A program made the position numbers and the translations under genes. Positions 1 through 13,229 of a DNA stretch of 64,000 nt are shown one piece after another. The notes beneath the pieces are model-generated. The model ran no database searches, was not told the DNA's origin, and was given only the letters and a program-made list of their open reading frames with translations. Positions within the stretch are counted from its first letter, which is position 1. Each line of letters opens with the position of its first letter. Source of the DNA: Octopus vulgaris (taxonomy: Eukaryota); contig OX597826.1 of NCBI GenBank assembly GCA_951406725.2, positions 22,196,001-22,260,000 on the forward strand, in the 5' to 3' direction.

Positions 1-3
1 ATT

Positions 4-53
4 CTATGAACTTAAATATGGATATTTTTGTGGAGATGGTCTAAGGTGGATTG
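4..53 (-). CDS. Putative terminal coding exon of unidentified gene
   Basis: ttttttatag|CA ATC...TCA TAG; (T)IHLRPSPQKYPYLSS*; phase matches the preceding exon, 130-nt intron. Confidence 0.6.
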
Positions 54-183
54 CTATAAAAAAAGGTTCATGCAATTTGATTTGTGAATCTAGTCAATTT
101 ATGAATGACAATTAGAGTAGAGGGTCCTTTCTGAATATTAAGTTTATTAGATGACTGTCATAAAAACAAGAAATACGACTCAC

Positions 184-321
184 TAGGAATAGTTTGATGA
201 GGAGTTGCAGTATATCTTGTTTTAGCTGGAGATTTCAATCCCTTTGGCATACATAATTTTTCTGCTGCTTCAATCAAAGACTTAGCAGTACTTTTTACCT
301 GGTGAGCAAAGTAAAATTGAA
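184..321 (-). CDS. Exon of unidentified gene
   Basis: ataacag|TT...CCTA|gtgagt; (F)QFYFAHQVKSTAKSLIEAAEKLCMPKGLKSPAKTRYTATPHQTIP; phase 1/1. Confidence 0.7.
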
Positions 322-637
322 CTGTTATAATAGAGCAATTTTTGTTCTATTTTTAAAATCCTTTATTAATTTTTTTTATTGATTTTGTATAATACTTCAA
401 TTTATTGATTTAATACTCATATTCATCATCATTTTACATTTGTTTCTTTCATTCTGGCATGGGTTAGATGAATCACTGCAATCCAAGTCAGTTCTTATTT
501 GCAGTTACTTCTTTCCTACATGATTGGAGGATCACATCTCACTTGTTGGTTCTGTTCTGAGATGGATCTGTTTTAGCATGTTTGGTACATGAAACAAAGG
601 GCAATAAAGGAACTTTTTAAAACAATGTAGGATCTTC

Positions 638-716
<79 letters not shown>

Positions 717-904
717 TATCAACAGCTTATTACTCAAGTGCAGTGTTTCAGTTGGCCTGGCTCAGAACTTATGTGGGACAAGTAGCTTAATACTTGATCT
801 AGTTTGAAACAGTAGAAATAAAAACATTGATAATAACACCAAAATGAAAATTAAAATATTTTCATGAAGAAGCAAGACTGGAGCAATAATTATCAACCTC
901 AACC

Positions 905-1412
905 TCATCATCATTTAATGTCCATTTTTCCATGCTGGCATGGGTTGGATAGTTTGATAAGAACTGGCAAACCAGAGAGTTGTACCCAGCTCTATTATCT
1001 ACTTTGGTATGATTTCTACAGCTAGACACCCTTCCTAATGCCAGCTAGTCACATATCAGGCAGCTGTGCTGGTGACAAGTGGAAAGCACCTTTCGAACAT
1101 GGGGCCTGATGGAGGCAATGATAAGTGATGGAGACCTTTGGCAATATGCTGTGCTTGAGAAGAATTATGAAGCCAAGTGAAAGTGTAGTTATGGCCGATG
1201 CTGGTGTCATGTAATTGGGACCTGTGTTGGTGGCATGTAAAAAGCAACAACCACTACACTCTTGGAGTAGTTGGTGTTAGGAAGGGCATCCAGCCATAGA
1301 GACCATGCCAAGTCAGATTGTAACCTGGTGCAGCTCTCCATCTTACCAGTATTCAGTCAAACTGTCCAACCCATGCCAGCATGGAAAGCAGATGCTAACT
1401 GATGATGATGAT
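905..1412. mobile_element. Two RTE LINE 3'-end fragments in opposite orientation (905-1045 minus; ~1060-1412 plus)
   Basis: Shared tail ggaagggcatccagcc...aacccatgccagcatgg..(gat)n and its reverse complement. Confidence 0.75.
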
Positions 1413-2239
1413 GGGTGCATTTTTAGTGGCACCAGTACTGGTGGGGGTCATCATGTAACTTGCAAGATAAAAACTTCTTGATTGAAAGTGGGGGAACAGA
1501 ACTGAGGTGGGTGGCTTTGTGCCAGTTGATGAGAGGTGAAAAAGAATAATAGAGGGATAAAGATGGGTGTCTTGCTGTAGAAGAGATATGAGGATACCTC
1601 AGTAGGAAAAGAAAGGAGAGAAAGAGAGTGGTAGAGATAGGGAGACAGAATGAGAAAGTGTGAAAGATGGTAGTGCAGATGTGTTGAGACCATACCTTCA
1701 AGGTACGGTGGGGGTGGTGAAGAACATAGGTGAAGTGGTAGAGGGGATTGGACTGATTGGGAAAGTGGGGGGTATAAAGGAAGAAGCTTTATAAGAGTGT
1801 GAGGAAAGATGGTTAGAGACAGGATAGAGGTGATTGTGGCGAGTGATTGTGAGAGATATAGGAGTGCTTTAGGGGACAGGGGTTTATGGTAGCATTGAGA
1901 TTGACAGCAGATAAGAAAGATGTAAATATTTAGTAATTCTTACTTGTGTGATATTTGATTGATAATTTTGTGTCTTCTCTGTGTCTTCTTCTAACTCTTC
2001 TTTACTGCTAGGGGCGGCATTACTTTCAGCTATAAATTAAAAGAAAGGTAACAGTAGAACATTGCCAATGGACTCATTTCTTATATTCTAATTGTCAATC
2101 AAATATTGTATCATAAATTTGCATCATGACTATATTCTGATCTTTAAAATATAATTATTACAGGAACTTATCTAAATAACTAACCTAGATCTAAATGAAG
2201 ACATATTCATATGTGTGTGTATGTAATGTATTTAGGAGC

Positions 2240-3900
2240 TGTAGAAACACTGCCAGATCAGACTGGAGCCTGGTGCAGCCTCCTGGCTTCCCAGAACCTG
2301 GTCAAACCATCCAACCCATGCTAGCATGAAAAACGGATGTTGAACGATGATGATGATATATATATATATATATATAACCCAAATCACTTCCAGAACTGGA
2401 GAAAAAACTTCCGAGATGGAAGCAAAGTCTAATATCAAAAGGCCTTAGAGTTAATCTGGCAAAAAACCAAAGTCTTAGTAAGTAGGAGAGCAGACAAATC
2501 ACAAATCCTTTCAGGTAGATGGCCCAACTCAATCTGTAGTAAAGGTGTAAGTAGAAACTCCATAAAATACACCTGGTGTTAGCTATGAACACATAAGAGG
2601 TGCAGCAATATCAGAAGGTTAACAGGGAAAATAGTTTTTGTGTGCGGAAGGTGCAAAGGTACAATTAATAGGAAAAATGTACAGAAAATAGACTCTATCA
2701 AATGCCAGGGGAAAAAACTAAAAGTACTTGATTGCTTCCGTTACCTAGGTGACCAAGTCAGTAGCAGTGGTGGATGCTCTGAGAGTGTAGCTGCTAGAAT
2801 AAGAATTGGCTGGGCAAAGTTCAGAGAGCTCCTAGCTCTGCTGGTAACAAAGGGCTTCTCCCTCAGAGTGAAAGACAGATTGTTTGATGCCTGTGTGCTA
2901 ACAATTATGCTACACAGCAGTAAAACATGGGCTGTAACCACTGAGGACATGCGTAGGCTTGTAAGAAATGAAGCTAGTATGCTTTGCTGGATGTGTACGC
3001 ATCTTGAGAGGAAAGTTGGGAATAAGAGGCATCAGATGTAGTGTGCAAGAGAGACGAATGCACTGGTATGGTCATGTGATGTGTATGAACAAGGACAGCT
3101 GTGTAAAGTGCCATACTCTACATGTAGAGGGAACCTGTGGTAGAGGTAGACCCAGGAAGACATGGGGTGAGGTAGTGAAGCATGATCTTCGAATGTTGGG
3201 CCTCCTGGAGGCAATGAGAAGTGACCTAGGCCTTTGGTGATACGCTGTGCTTGAGAAGACCTGTCAAGCCAAGTGAAATCACAGTGATGGCTGACGCCAG
3301 CATCCCATCTGACTGGCACGCAAAAAGCACTCTTTGCATGTTGGGTGATATGCTATACTTGAGAAGACCTGGTGGCGCATAAAAAGCACCATTCAAATGT
3401 TGGGCCTCAGATGACTGAGACCTTTGGTGATTGAGAAGACCTGTCAAGTCAAGTGAGATCATAGTCATGGCCTATGCTGGTGTCACATAACTGGCACGTG
3501 TGCTGATGTCACATAAAAAGCATCCACTACACACTTGTAGTGGTTGGTGTTAGGAAGGGCATCCAACCATAGAAACTGTGCCAAATAAGATTGGAACCTG
3601 TTGCAGTTTTCTCAGCTTACCAGTTCTCAGTCAAACTGTTTAACCCATGCCAGCATGGAAAACAGATGTTAAATGATGATGATGATTTATATATCATCAT
3701 CATTGCCATAACTATCCTTTAATGGCTGTTTTCCATGCAGGTATGAGTTGGACAGCTTGACCAGAGTGGGCAAGCTGGGAAGCAGCACCAAGTTCCAATC
3801 TGACTTGGCATGGCTTCTATGGCTGGATGCCTTTCCTAACACCAACCACTTTACAGTGTGCTGGCTGCTTTGACATGACCTTGGCATGAGTGCATTTGAT
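2240..3900 (+). mobile_element. 5'-truncated RTE LINE (2380-3686) flanked by additional tail copies (2240-2357 plus, 3695-3900 minus)
   Basis: FRYLGDQVSSSGGCSESVAARIRIGWAKFREL; RGRPRKTW; 3' UTR ending in (gat)n. Confidence 0.85.
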
Positions 3901-4017
3901 GTGGCACCAGCACTGGACTCTTACAGGCCAATCCTCTTCATCAGCAGGGGTGGTGGCCATGGAGGACAGGTTTTCTTGAGATCCTGCTGAGGAGGGCAGA
4001 TGAAACAGTACTAGTAC

Positions 4018-4165
4018 AGCCATATGGTTAAAAAACTGCCCTCAGAACCAAATGGTTTTGAGTTTGTTCCTGCTATGTGGACGCTGTAAGATGGTTGCTT
4101 TCTACGATAGCCACAGGTTGACCAATGCCTTTTGAGTGAAGTTTGGTAGAAGGAAACGAGAAAGG
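4018..4165 (+). mobile_element. tRNA-derived SINE head fragment (same family as 39380-39740)
   Basis: tggttaaaaaa...ccaaatggttttgagtttgttcc...tttggtagaaggaaac. Confidence 0.45.
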
Positions 4166-4832
4166 AAAATGCATGTATCATCAGTATTTTGAATGTCTAC
4201 TTTTCCATGCTTGGATGGGTCAGAGTTTTCTATGACTTGATGACCTTCCAGTTGCTAAATCTAGCAAGGTAATAATTCCCCATTCTGTTGAGCAACAAAC
4301 AGCCTGGAGACCTGGAAACACATGCATGCACACACACACACAGATATTAGTCACAAAAACAGGAGCCTAAGTGGTAACAGTATGAAGACATCTAAATATT
4401 TCAGACAATAACTGTATGAGAAAGAAGAATCACCTCAACTATATATGACAAGACTCTTTTACTAGTTTCAGTCAGTGGACTTTCAGCAAGTTCATAATTT
4501 AATTGTTATTTTTGTTTTTAATGATTTTTGTGTCAATGAAGGAGCAGTGTACTTCTCCTGCATAGCCCCTCCCCATCAGATTGGTGATACTGATATAGTT
4601 GATGCTCAGTTTAAATGTGTCACTCAGCATGCCAAGGAATTCCAGAGGCTTGTTATTCTGGGAGGGAAGAACTGGAGGAAAAGTTATCAGTGCAGGGTCT
4701 GATGGTGATGGTGGCGAGGTTAAAACTTCTTATCTACTCAAATTCGAAGTAAATTGATAACATATTGCAAAATAGTTATTTAAAAATATTTAAAAATAAA
4801 AAAAAAAAAAGAAATATTTTTGTTTTACTTAC

Positions 4833-5034
4833 AGGTTTCAGACAACTTTTTCAGAAAAACTTTATATCTGGGTAATTTTTTCTTTTTCGCAAAAGATAAA
4901 GGTTTAACTTCTCCACTTGAAGTAAGTATAACTGGTTTTGTATTTTTGTTTATAAAAGATGATAAAATGTGCTTTGACTTTGTACCAAACACCTTACATA
5001 GTTCACACTCATCTGAAGTTTTAATATTCATTGT
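4833..5034 (-). CDS. Exon of unidentified gene (small basic protein)
   Basis: atttctttgtcag|ACAATG...ACCT|gtaagt; open frame TMNIKTSDECELCKVFGTKSKHILSSF...LPRYKVFLKKLSET; phase 1 fits exon 184-321. Confidence 0.7.
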
Positions 5035-6833
5035 CTGACAAAGAAATAATAGATTTTAAGTTTAATCGTTTTATTTATTTAGCAAATGGATATTTCAGTG
5101 TTTTGATATTTACTGATTTCAGTCAATGGCATACAGCCAAACTGGTGCTCTGCTTTCTAACGAATAATCTTTTATACAAACTCAAAACTTGTTGTTTAGT
5201 CTCAAGTTAGCTTCAACTGCGGAGCCATGGTCAAAAATATTCCAATCTTTGAATATCCTGCTTGTTTTTAGTTGGATATACATTATCTAATATAAACTTT
5301 TTTTTTAAGATAGTAAGATGTGATCTGAGTAATTCTATTTCTGCTTCTAGCAATTTGGACTTATTTCATTGACTCTGGGAAGAAATAGTGTTCTGAATAT
5401 GTTATAATGTTTGTAATGCATTTAGAGATGGCCATTTGCTAAGCCAATAATAGTCTTTGCAAGGTAGTGAATATTTGTAAAAATATATATTTTGTCTCAA
5501 AATTAAAAATGTAGGAAAAACACATTGTGCCCCCCTCCACCCACCCACACACTAGAGTTAAGGAATGGAGTAGATAAGATCCAGGCTACATATGCTTCAT
5601 GCTGAGTGGAACCTTGGAAGTGGTAAATATCTAGGTGAGGTACATGTTAACACATGGAAGATCTTTGGATCTTATATATCTCTTATTATAAAAGGCAGAT
5701 TTTATCTGCCTCCCTTTGGGAGTTATACAAATCTACAATATAGGATTTCTTCAATTACAATTTACCTAGCATTTTTAAGAGTACAATGCATCGCGTCATG
5801 CCAGGTCCAGTTTTTAAAATTTAAACTCCAATTAAGCAAAATTTACAGAAAACTCACATTCTGGTGTGTGTGTCAAATGCTTTTCTTAGTCTGGTTTACA
5901 CCACACGCAAACGCACACACACAGTGGGCAACGAATAAAATGAAAGTAAATAGCGACAGAGTGATTTGAGGAAGACTAAACTGAAAGTATTTAAACCACT
6001 ACTCAAAAAATAAAAAAACACAGCAAACAAAAACAAATAAATACATAGCCATTTAATCCTCACACAATTTCTTCAATTAGAATTTACCTAAGATTTTTCA
6101 GAGTACTTCAGTGGGTGATGCCATAAAAAATTTCTTTCAATTTTACCACCAATTAAGACAAAATTCGAGAAAACTCAATATTTTAACATATCACTCCGAA
6201 AGCATTGATGTACATGTGTGCGTGCGTGAGTGTGTGTGTGTCATTCCTCACACACACGCATACACATACATATACAACTACATACAACTACATACAAACA
6301 CGTGTGTGTTTGTTATTAGTAAAAAAGGCGCCAAATTTCAACTCACTTATCATTCCAACACATTTGCAAAGACACACGGACGGACAGAAAAGGTAAATTG
6401 GTTTTTATTTTACTCTGTATATATTTTATTATATAATATTATATATAGATATATGTATATATAATTGCAGTATGAAACAGTGTTTATGTATAAACAGACG
6501 ACACTTATATATAGTTACCAAGCCGCCCGAATTTACCTATTCATATTTAAATGAGAATATCAGAGCAAATCTCTTTAGTACATTCGTGAAAACACGTATT
6601 ATACTTCGTAAACACTTCAACTACAGTTTTGTACAAAAATCGAAGTGTAATTTTAATTCCGTGAATTATGGAAGATTTTTTTCCGAAATTTGTTCCTATT
6701 GTGTTTTCAAAATTTGTAATTCTGACAAAAAATGGATACGAATTTCATTATATCAAGCAGCGAGTCAGAATTCGAAGGATTTTCTACTGAAGACCTTCAT
6801 AAATCTAACTCTATGACTGAAAAAAAAAAAGCA

Positions 6834-7229
6834 TCTTTATATAAGAGTGAAGTTGTGTGTCTGTCTCCTACGATTTAGATTCCTAACTACTCCCACATTT
6901 TGCGGTGCAGTTTAACCAAAAGCGGGTATCTTATAGTCGTGATTCATATCGAGCCCTTCTGGGTATTAGCGTGCGTCTACGATGAGTCTACGATTTAAAA
7001 AAAATTTACCATCATATTTTTCCATTTTAATGCATTTTTTTCGCTTTTATATAAGGGAAGTAACTCTCTAAAAATATCTACGATGTGTCAACGATTTAAA
7101 AAAAAATTTACCTTAATTTTTTTTCAATTTTTAATGCATTTTTTGGCTATTTTTTGGCTATAACTCTCTAAAAATGCTTATATAGTTATTTCCCTTACAA
7201 ACCCGAGCAACGCCGGGCGATACTGCTAG
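6834..7229 (+). mobile_element. Non-autonomous Helitron
   Basis: a|TCTTTATATAAG 5' end; 3' hairpin CCCGagcaacgcCGGG followed by CTAG|t; inserted at AT, no TSD. Confidence 0.8.
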
Positions 7230-7259
7230 TATATATATAAAATCAAAATAAGCAACCTC

Positions 7260-9495
7260 TAGGCGACTCTGATAATGCTATGATCATCGTCAATCTGGCT
7301 CTTGCGGGCAACAACAAAAACCTGAACCATCTCCAATCTGCTTCTTTTGATTGGAAGAGAGCAGATTGGAACCTGTACCACACTGAATTACAGCACCCAA
7401 ACTGGCATGACTTCTACAACTCTGGAGATGTGAATACTATACTCCAGAGTATCCTGGACTCAATATGGGCAGCATGTGCAGCATCAGTGCCACGTAAACA
7501 GAAAAAGAAGAACCGCCCCAAAAGTGCAATTTGGGAAACTTCAGCGGTCTGACTTGCCAGGAAGGAACGTCGGACTGCTGAACGGGAATACAGGTTGCAT
7601 AAATCAGACACCAACAGGAAAAAGCGGAATAAATCTTCCAACCATCTCAAGCAAGTGACAAAAAAAGCAGTGCTTGAATTTGAACAGTGCATAGCAGCCA
7701 ATCCTGACAGCAAGGTTTTCTGGAAATATGTGCATTCGAAGCAGAGACCTCACTCCCCAGTGGGCCCTCTTCGCAACCCTCACACAAACCAGATCACTGA
7801 CGATCCCAAGGAATGCGTAGAACTCATTGCCGAGTGCTATGCAAACATATTCACTGTTGAAAGTCAAAATATACCATCTCTAACAGCAAATTCAATAACA
7901 ACTATGGAATTTACACCTGCAATGCTGCAACGTCACCTTCAAAATAAGCACAACTATGCCTCCCCTGGTCTTGATGGAGTTACATACCTGCTTCTCAAAC
8001 GTGGCAGGTACTTCCTTTTATACCAGCTTTCTATTTTTTCCAGTACTGTCTCAACAATGGTGCTGCTCCGGAGCAGTGGAAAACTGCCAGTGTCATTCCT
8101 CTGTTCAAAAAGGGCGACCGCACATCACCTGTCAACTATCGCCCAGTCAGTCTCACTAACTGTATTGCAAAACTGATGGAATCGTGTGTCAGAGAAACAC
8201 TTTGGAACTTCTGGAGCTCTCACAGTCTCATCCGACCCTCACAATATGGATTTGTCCCTAACTCTAGCTGCAGTGATCAGCTTGTTGAGTTCCTTGAGGA
8301 CATTACTCAGATCACTGACAGTGGCTCATGGGTGGATGTTGTCTACCTTGACTTTGCTAAGGCTTTCAACTCTGTGCCACACAAAAGGCTTATGGTGAAA
8401 CTCTCTGCAATGGGTGTGAGGGATGATCTTTTTAACTGGTTGAAATTCTTCATTCTCAGCCGAAAGGAGGTAGTCACAGTTCTAGGACAGCATTCTACAC
8501 CAAATGAGATGTCATCGGGTGTACCACAGGGATCTGTCCTTGGTCCCCTCTTGTTTGTGGCATACATCAATGACATAGATGCCAATTTAAAGAATGCCAC
8601 AGTATTGAAATATGCAGACGACATCAAGCTGTACCTTGAAATCAAGAGGACAGATCCTGTTGTCTACAGCTCTTTCCTGCAATCAGACCTGGACACAATG
8701 CAGCAATGGATCACAGACTGGCAACTGAAACTGGCTGTGGACAAGTGTACCACCATGCATTTTTGGAGAAAAAACCCTGCGTCCACATACTCCCTCCACA
8801 ACACTGATATCAAGAAATCCTTTTGCGAGCGTGACCTAGGCATCACTGTCAGCAGTGATTTGCATTGGACAAAGCATATCTCTAAAATTGTCAAGAAGGC
8901 CGAGGGTGTCTTGGCATCACTCAGCAAGACTTTTGTTAGCTGCTCTCCAGCCATCTATTTAAAACTGTATACAGCTATGGTACGACCACACTTGGAATTC
9001 GCATCATCAGTTTGGAACCCCTATCTTGCTCAGAACATTGACCTCTTGGAATCTGTTCAGAGACGTGCAACCAAACGCATACCCTCTATCAGACACCTAC
9101 CATACTCTGAGCACCTTGTTTCCCTGGGCATGGATTCACTGAAGCTCCGGTGTCTGGCGATGGACTTGGTAAACACCCACAAAGTTATCAACCACCTCAC
9201 CAACAACAACACTGAACACCTTTTTGATCTTCATGTGTCTAACACACGTGGACATGCCTACAAAGTCAGAAAACAACACAGCTCCCATGACTTTCAGAAA
9301 CATTTTTTCACGCTCAGAGTTGCTGAAGCATGGAACAAACTGCCTGCGTCAGTTGTTGACTGCCATGACACTGGATCCTTTAAGGCCCTCATGCTTTCCG
9401 AAATCCGCCGAAACTACACCTGATTATATATACACTTTAGATGAGTTGTAGTGCACCTGAACACTGTACACAATGTTTTTATTATTATTATTATA
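7260..9495 (+). mobile_element. 5'-truncated CR1-clade LINE with a largely open RT domain (ORF 8176-9423)
   Basis: NYRPVSLT, YLDFAKAF, GVPQGSVLGPLLF, KYADD, RPHLEFASSVWNP, TRGH; short 3' UTR and (tta)n tail; frameshifts upstream. Confidence 0.92.
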
Positions 9496-9699
9496 TCCAG
9501 AGGTAATGCAGCACGATCGTTTCATGCAACTCCATTTAATTGAACAATGCAATCATTACATCAATTTAAAATGTAGAGCAATCTTCAGCTGCACAAAGAC
9601 ATACAATTTAATTAAATTAGAACAGATGGGACACATTAGTAGAATTATACCTAAAATCTCCAAGAAGTTAAGGAGATAGACAAAGAACATGCTGTCTCA

Positions 9700-10145
9700 C
9701 TCCGGCATAGAATTTACTTAGTTTTCAAGAAGATATACATTGTTACAGACTCTGCCAGTCACTGATTTTTTAAAAAAAATGGACTCAGTTTTAATTTATA
9801 GACTAGTTTATCAAATCCCTTGTATATCTAAGGCTGAGAGAACAGAGGACAGTATCTGTTAGGAGGAGGGCTGAGGGAGCAGACAGACATCATATTTGGT
9901 ATAGTCATAAAAATCAAGATTTCTTAGAAGTAATATCAAGAAAGTGGAATTGAGTTTAGCCTCAAAGAGGAAATAATAAGAAAAGCTCAGCCTTATAGAA
10001 ATAGCAGATATGAGTGTGAGCTTTGCTCTATGGAAACATATGAAATTTTTAAGCATAAAGATAATGGAAAGCTGGTTAATTGATTAGACCTTAAGGTATG
10101 TGTACATAGTGCCACCCGTACCTTCAAATATTTTAGAAAGTAGCA
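9700..10145 (+). mobile_element. Decayed Penelope-like GIY-YIG C-terminal remnant
   Basis: EIIRKAQPYRNSRYECELCSMETYEI...KVCVH resembles the PLE I..A.PY....C.LC..E....I....C.H tail. Confidence 0.5.
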
Positions 10146-10986
10146 CTTTATTGATCTTGGGTTTTAAAACCTATAATGTACCTCTTAGTTTAAAATCAGT
10201 GTATACCTATACACTGATTTTAAACTATACAGCATTAATTTTCCTTTAGTTAATACTGGATATTGATGATTATAGACAAGCTAATTAAGTAAATAAACAA
10301 TTTTTAGTTTTAAATGATTGAATTATTACATATTTTCTATAAATCTTCTCTATTGAAGTTGCTAAGTTGTATATATACTTCATTATGATTCTAGTGACTA
10401 AGCTATTTCATATCCTTTTCTATGGTGTTTCTGCCCTACCTGATCATTTTAATACTTTATAATTGCCTTTAGACAAACCTAAATTTTTGTACCCCTATAA
10501 ATCCATACTTAGCTTATAAAAAACAATATGGGTATCTTCACCACTTAAAATTAAACTGCCTAAATTATAATTTAATTAATTTATAGTAAATGTGTTCTCT
10601 CACCTCAATGATAAATCTACCTGATAACCCTAAATTTTAACTTTATACAATAAAGACATATTGTTTAAAATAGCTTTAGTAACTAAGTTTTTTATCCCTT
10701 TCTTAAAGTGTTCCGACCCCTTAATTTTGGTATTTATATTGGCTTTATATGATTTGCGGCTGAATCTGTTTTTAAGGGTTGGCTTCAAAGGTTGCATTCC
10801 CTCGCGTTTGGTACACTGTGTATTTATTATGGTAGTTTTGACTTTAAGAGTCCCTAATAGTATGAGGCATTTATGTGTAGTAATGCCTTTAATATAAATA
10901 GATATATTTAAAGGGAATAATTATAAATTTAAATTTACACACATATATACACACATATATACATACATATATACATAAACACATAA

Positions 10987-11022
<36 letters not shown>

Positions 11023-11069
11023 GTATATACATATACACACACACACATACACACACACATATATATATA

Positions 11070-11835
11070 TATATGAATGATTTATAATAATATAAAATAC
11101 AATTATAATTAAGGGCATAGAAAAATCTATGCCTATATGCTGAAAAAGGATGCTAAATCCATCTGACCACTTGAAATCATCCCCTATTATACATATGTTG
11201 AAATCGACCGGGTAGGCTGGCAGAAATTCATAAAACATACACAGTTTTGGACTGATCGATTTCTAGATTAATCTAATGACTCTTCCCCATCAGCAAAGCA
11301 TACTTGGGGAAATAAATGAAACATTTATACTTACCACAGGAAAGCAAACACAAGGCTGCAACTACACATAAATACCACAAATATATCTACATTGAATTTT
11401 GTAGCCTACCGCAGCACATGTGTATTTGGTCAGAGTAGTCCAGAAGTGACTAGACTGTCTCAAAAAAATGAATGGAAAATGATTCAATTATAATAAAGGA
11501 TAAAATTGTTAAAATTTTATCAGTGACCAGCATACAAAATACTTTGCTTTGTCATTAGATTAATCTAGAAATCGATCAGTCCAAAGCTGTGCGTTTTATG
11601 AATTTCTGCCAGCCTACCCCCTCGATTTCAACATGTGTGTAATAGGGGATGATTTCAAGTGGTGAGATGATTTAGCATCCCTTTTCAGCATATAGGTGTA
11701 GAGTTTTCTATGCCCTTAATTATAATTGTATTTTATACTATTATAAATCATTTATATATGAAATCACCTTAATAGGTCTATTTTATATGCTGGCCACTGA
11801 TAAAATTTTAATGATTTTATCCTTTATTATAATTA
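11070..11835. repeat. Penelope pseudo-LTR-like inverted repeat (arms ~11070-11280 / 11551-11760) with hammerhead relic
   Basis: ~200-bp reverse-complement arms; second small inverted pair ~11488-11533 / 11785-11833. Confidence 0.75.
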
Positions 11836-11859
11836 TATATACACACATACACACACACA

Positions 11860-12520
11860 AGGGGGTACCCAAGTGAAACTGGAATTTTACAATATTATTT
11901 TATTCACCAAGTTTTACATGTTTACACTTTTATCGCTTTCAAAGTGTTCTCCATTTGAAGCAATGCATTGGTCCAGGTGCATTTTCCACTATTTGAAGCA
12001 GTGTTGGTACTCTTGTGAAGCGATGCCTTTTAATGCCTGTCATTTTTTTCTACACCTCTTCCACATCTGCAAATTCCAAAGCACCAGCTTTCGTCATCAG
12101 TGATGATCTTCGAGAAAAAGGTCCGGATCAACTTCCAACCATTCTTTCAGATCACGACACGCATTCAGTCATGAATGCTTTTGATCTTCTGTGAGCAAGC
12201 AAGGCACAAATTTTGCTGCAACTCTTTGCATTCACAATTCCTAGTTCAGAGTTCATTGCCAGGAGCTCCAGGACACACCTGTCCTATCGACAAGTTCATC
12301 AATTGTTCAGTGATGGTCTTCCAAGATCAGTTCATGAGTTTTCATAAGGTTTCCATTGGGAAGTCAATGATCATCCTGAATGAGATTGGTCTTCAAGCAA
12401 CAATTGACTGTTTCTAAAGCATGGAAACCACTCGTAAACTTGTGTTTTGCTCATGGCAGCATCCTTGTAAGCTGTTTGAAGCACGACAACTGTTTTGGTT
12501 ACCGTTTCCCCAGCAGTGGA
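11860..12520 (-). mobile_element. Internally deleted mariner element
   Basis: Minus strand encodes MQRVAAKFVPCLLTEDQK and a D-E-S-W motif with frameshifts; TIR-like end near 11860. Confidence 0.7.
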
Positions 12521-13229
12521 AGCCTAAACTATAATGAGTTTATCTGACAGAGAATGTTTCTAGTTACTTTCGCGTACCCACCCCTCTTACATATAAACTG
12601 ATGTTGAACTCCCATCCCAACTTTGTTGTCTCATAATTTTCAGAAAAATGGCTAGATTTTAAAGAAATTTTCAACAAATACTGCTTAGATGCTGTAGAAT
12701 CAGAGTATATAGGGATTTGTTGAAAATTTATGATTCTTGCTTTCCTTACCCCACATACCCAATTTAAGCCTTTTTTTTCTTTTGCACTATGCACTTCAAA
12801 ACCATGGGAGAATCTTTTCCATTGAGAAATTGTAAATATTTTAAAATGAAAAGGTGTGTAACTGAAGGGAGATTTAGCTGGTGTTTCTAGTACTTCCCAA
12901 GACCACCTCCTTGTTTCTTTCCTCGCTCTCACATGCATTGATACTTTTCAATATTTTTTTCCCCTCATAAATGCATTTTATGCTGAAGTAACACATGTGG
13001 TCCATTGCTAGGATATGAGAGCCGACGTCTGTAGGAGACAGAGATGTTACTATGGTAGGACCCTCAATCTCACAAATCTTCACAGTCTGTCTTGCTGCCT
13101 AAATGCTGGTCATTTCGCTTGTCACATTAAGCTAAACCTAATCCTTAACCCTCAGTTCTGGAGCTGGTGGGATTATCCAGAAGTGAGAAAGAGACCGGAT
13201 GGTCTTACTCTCTGTCCCTGGGTGCTTAA

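Noticed and set aside
8176-9423. Active or domesticated reverse transcriptase gene
   Set aside because: Part of a 5'-truncated CR1 with upstream frameshifts and a stop codon
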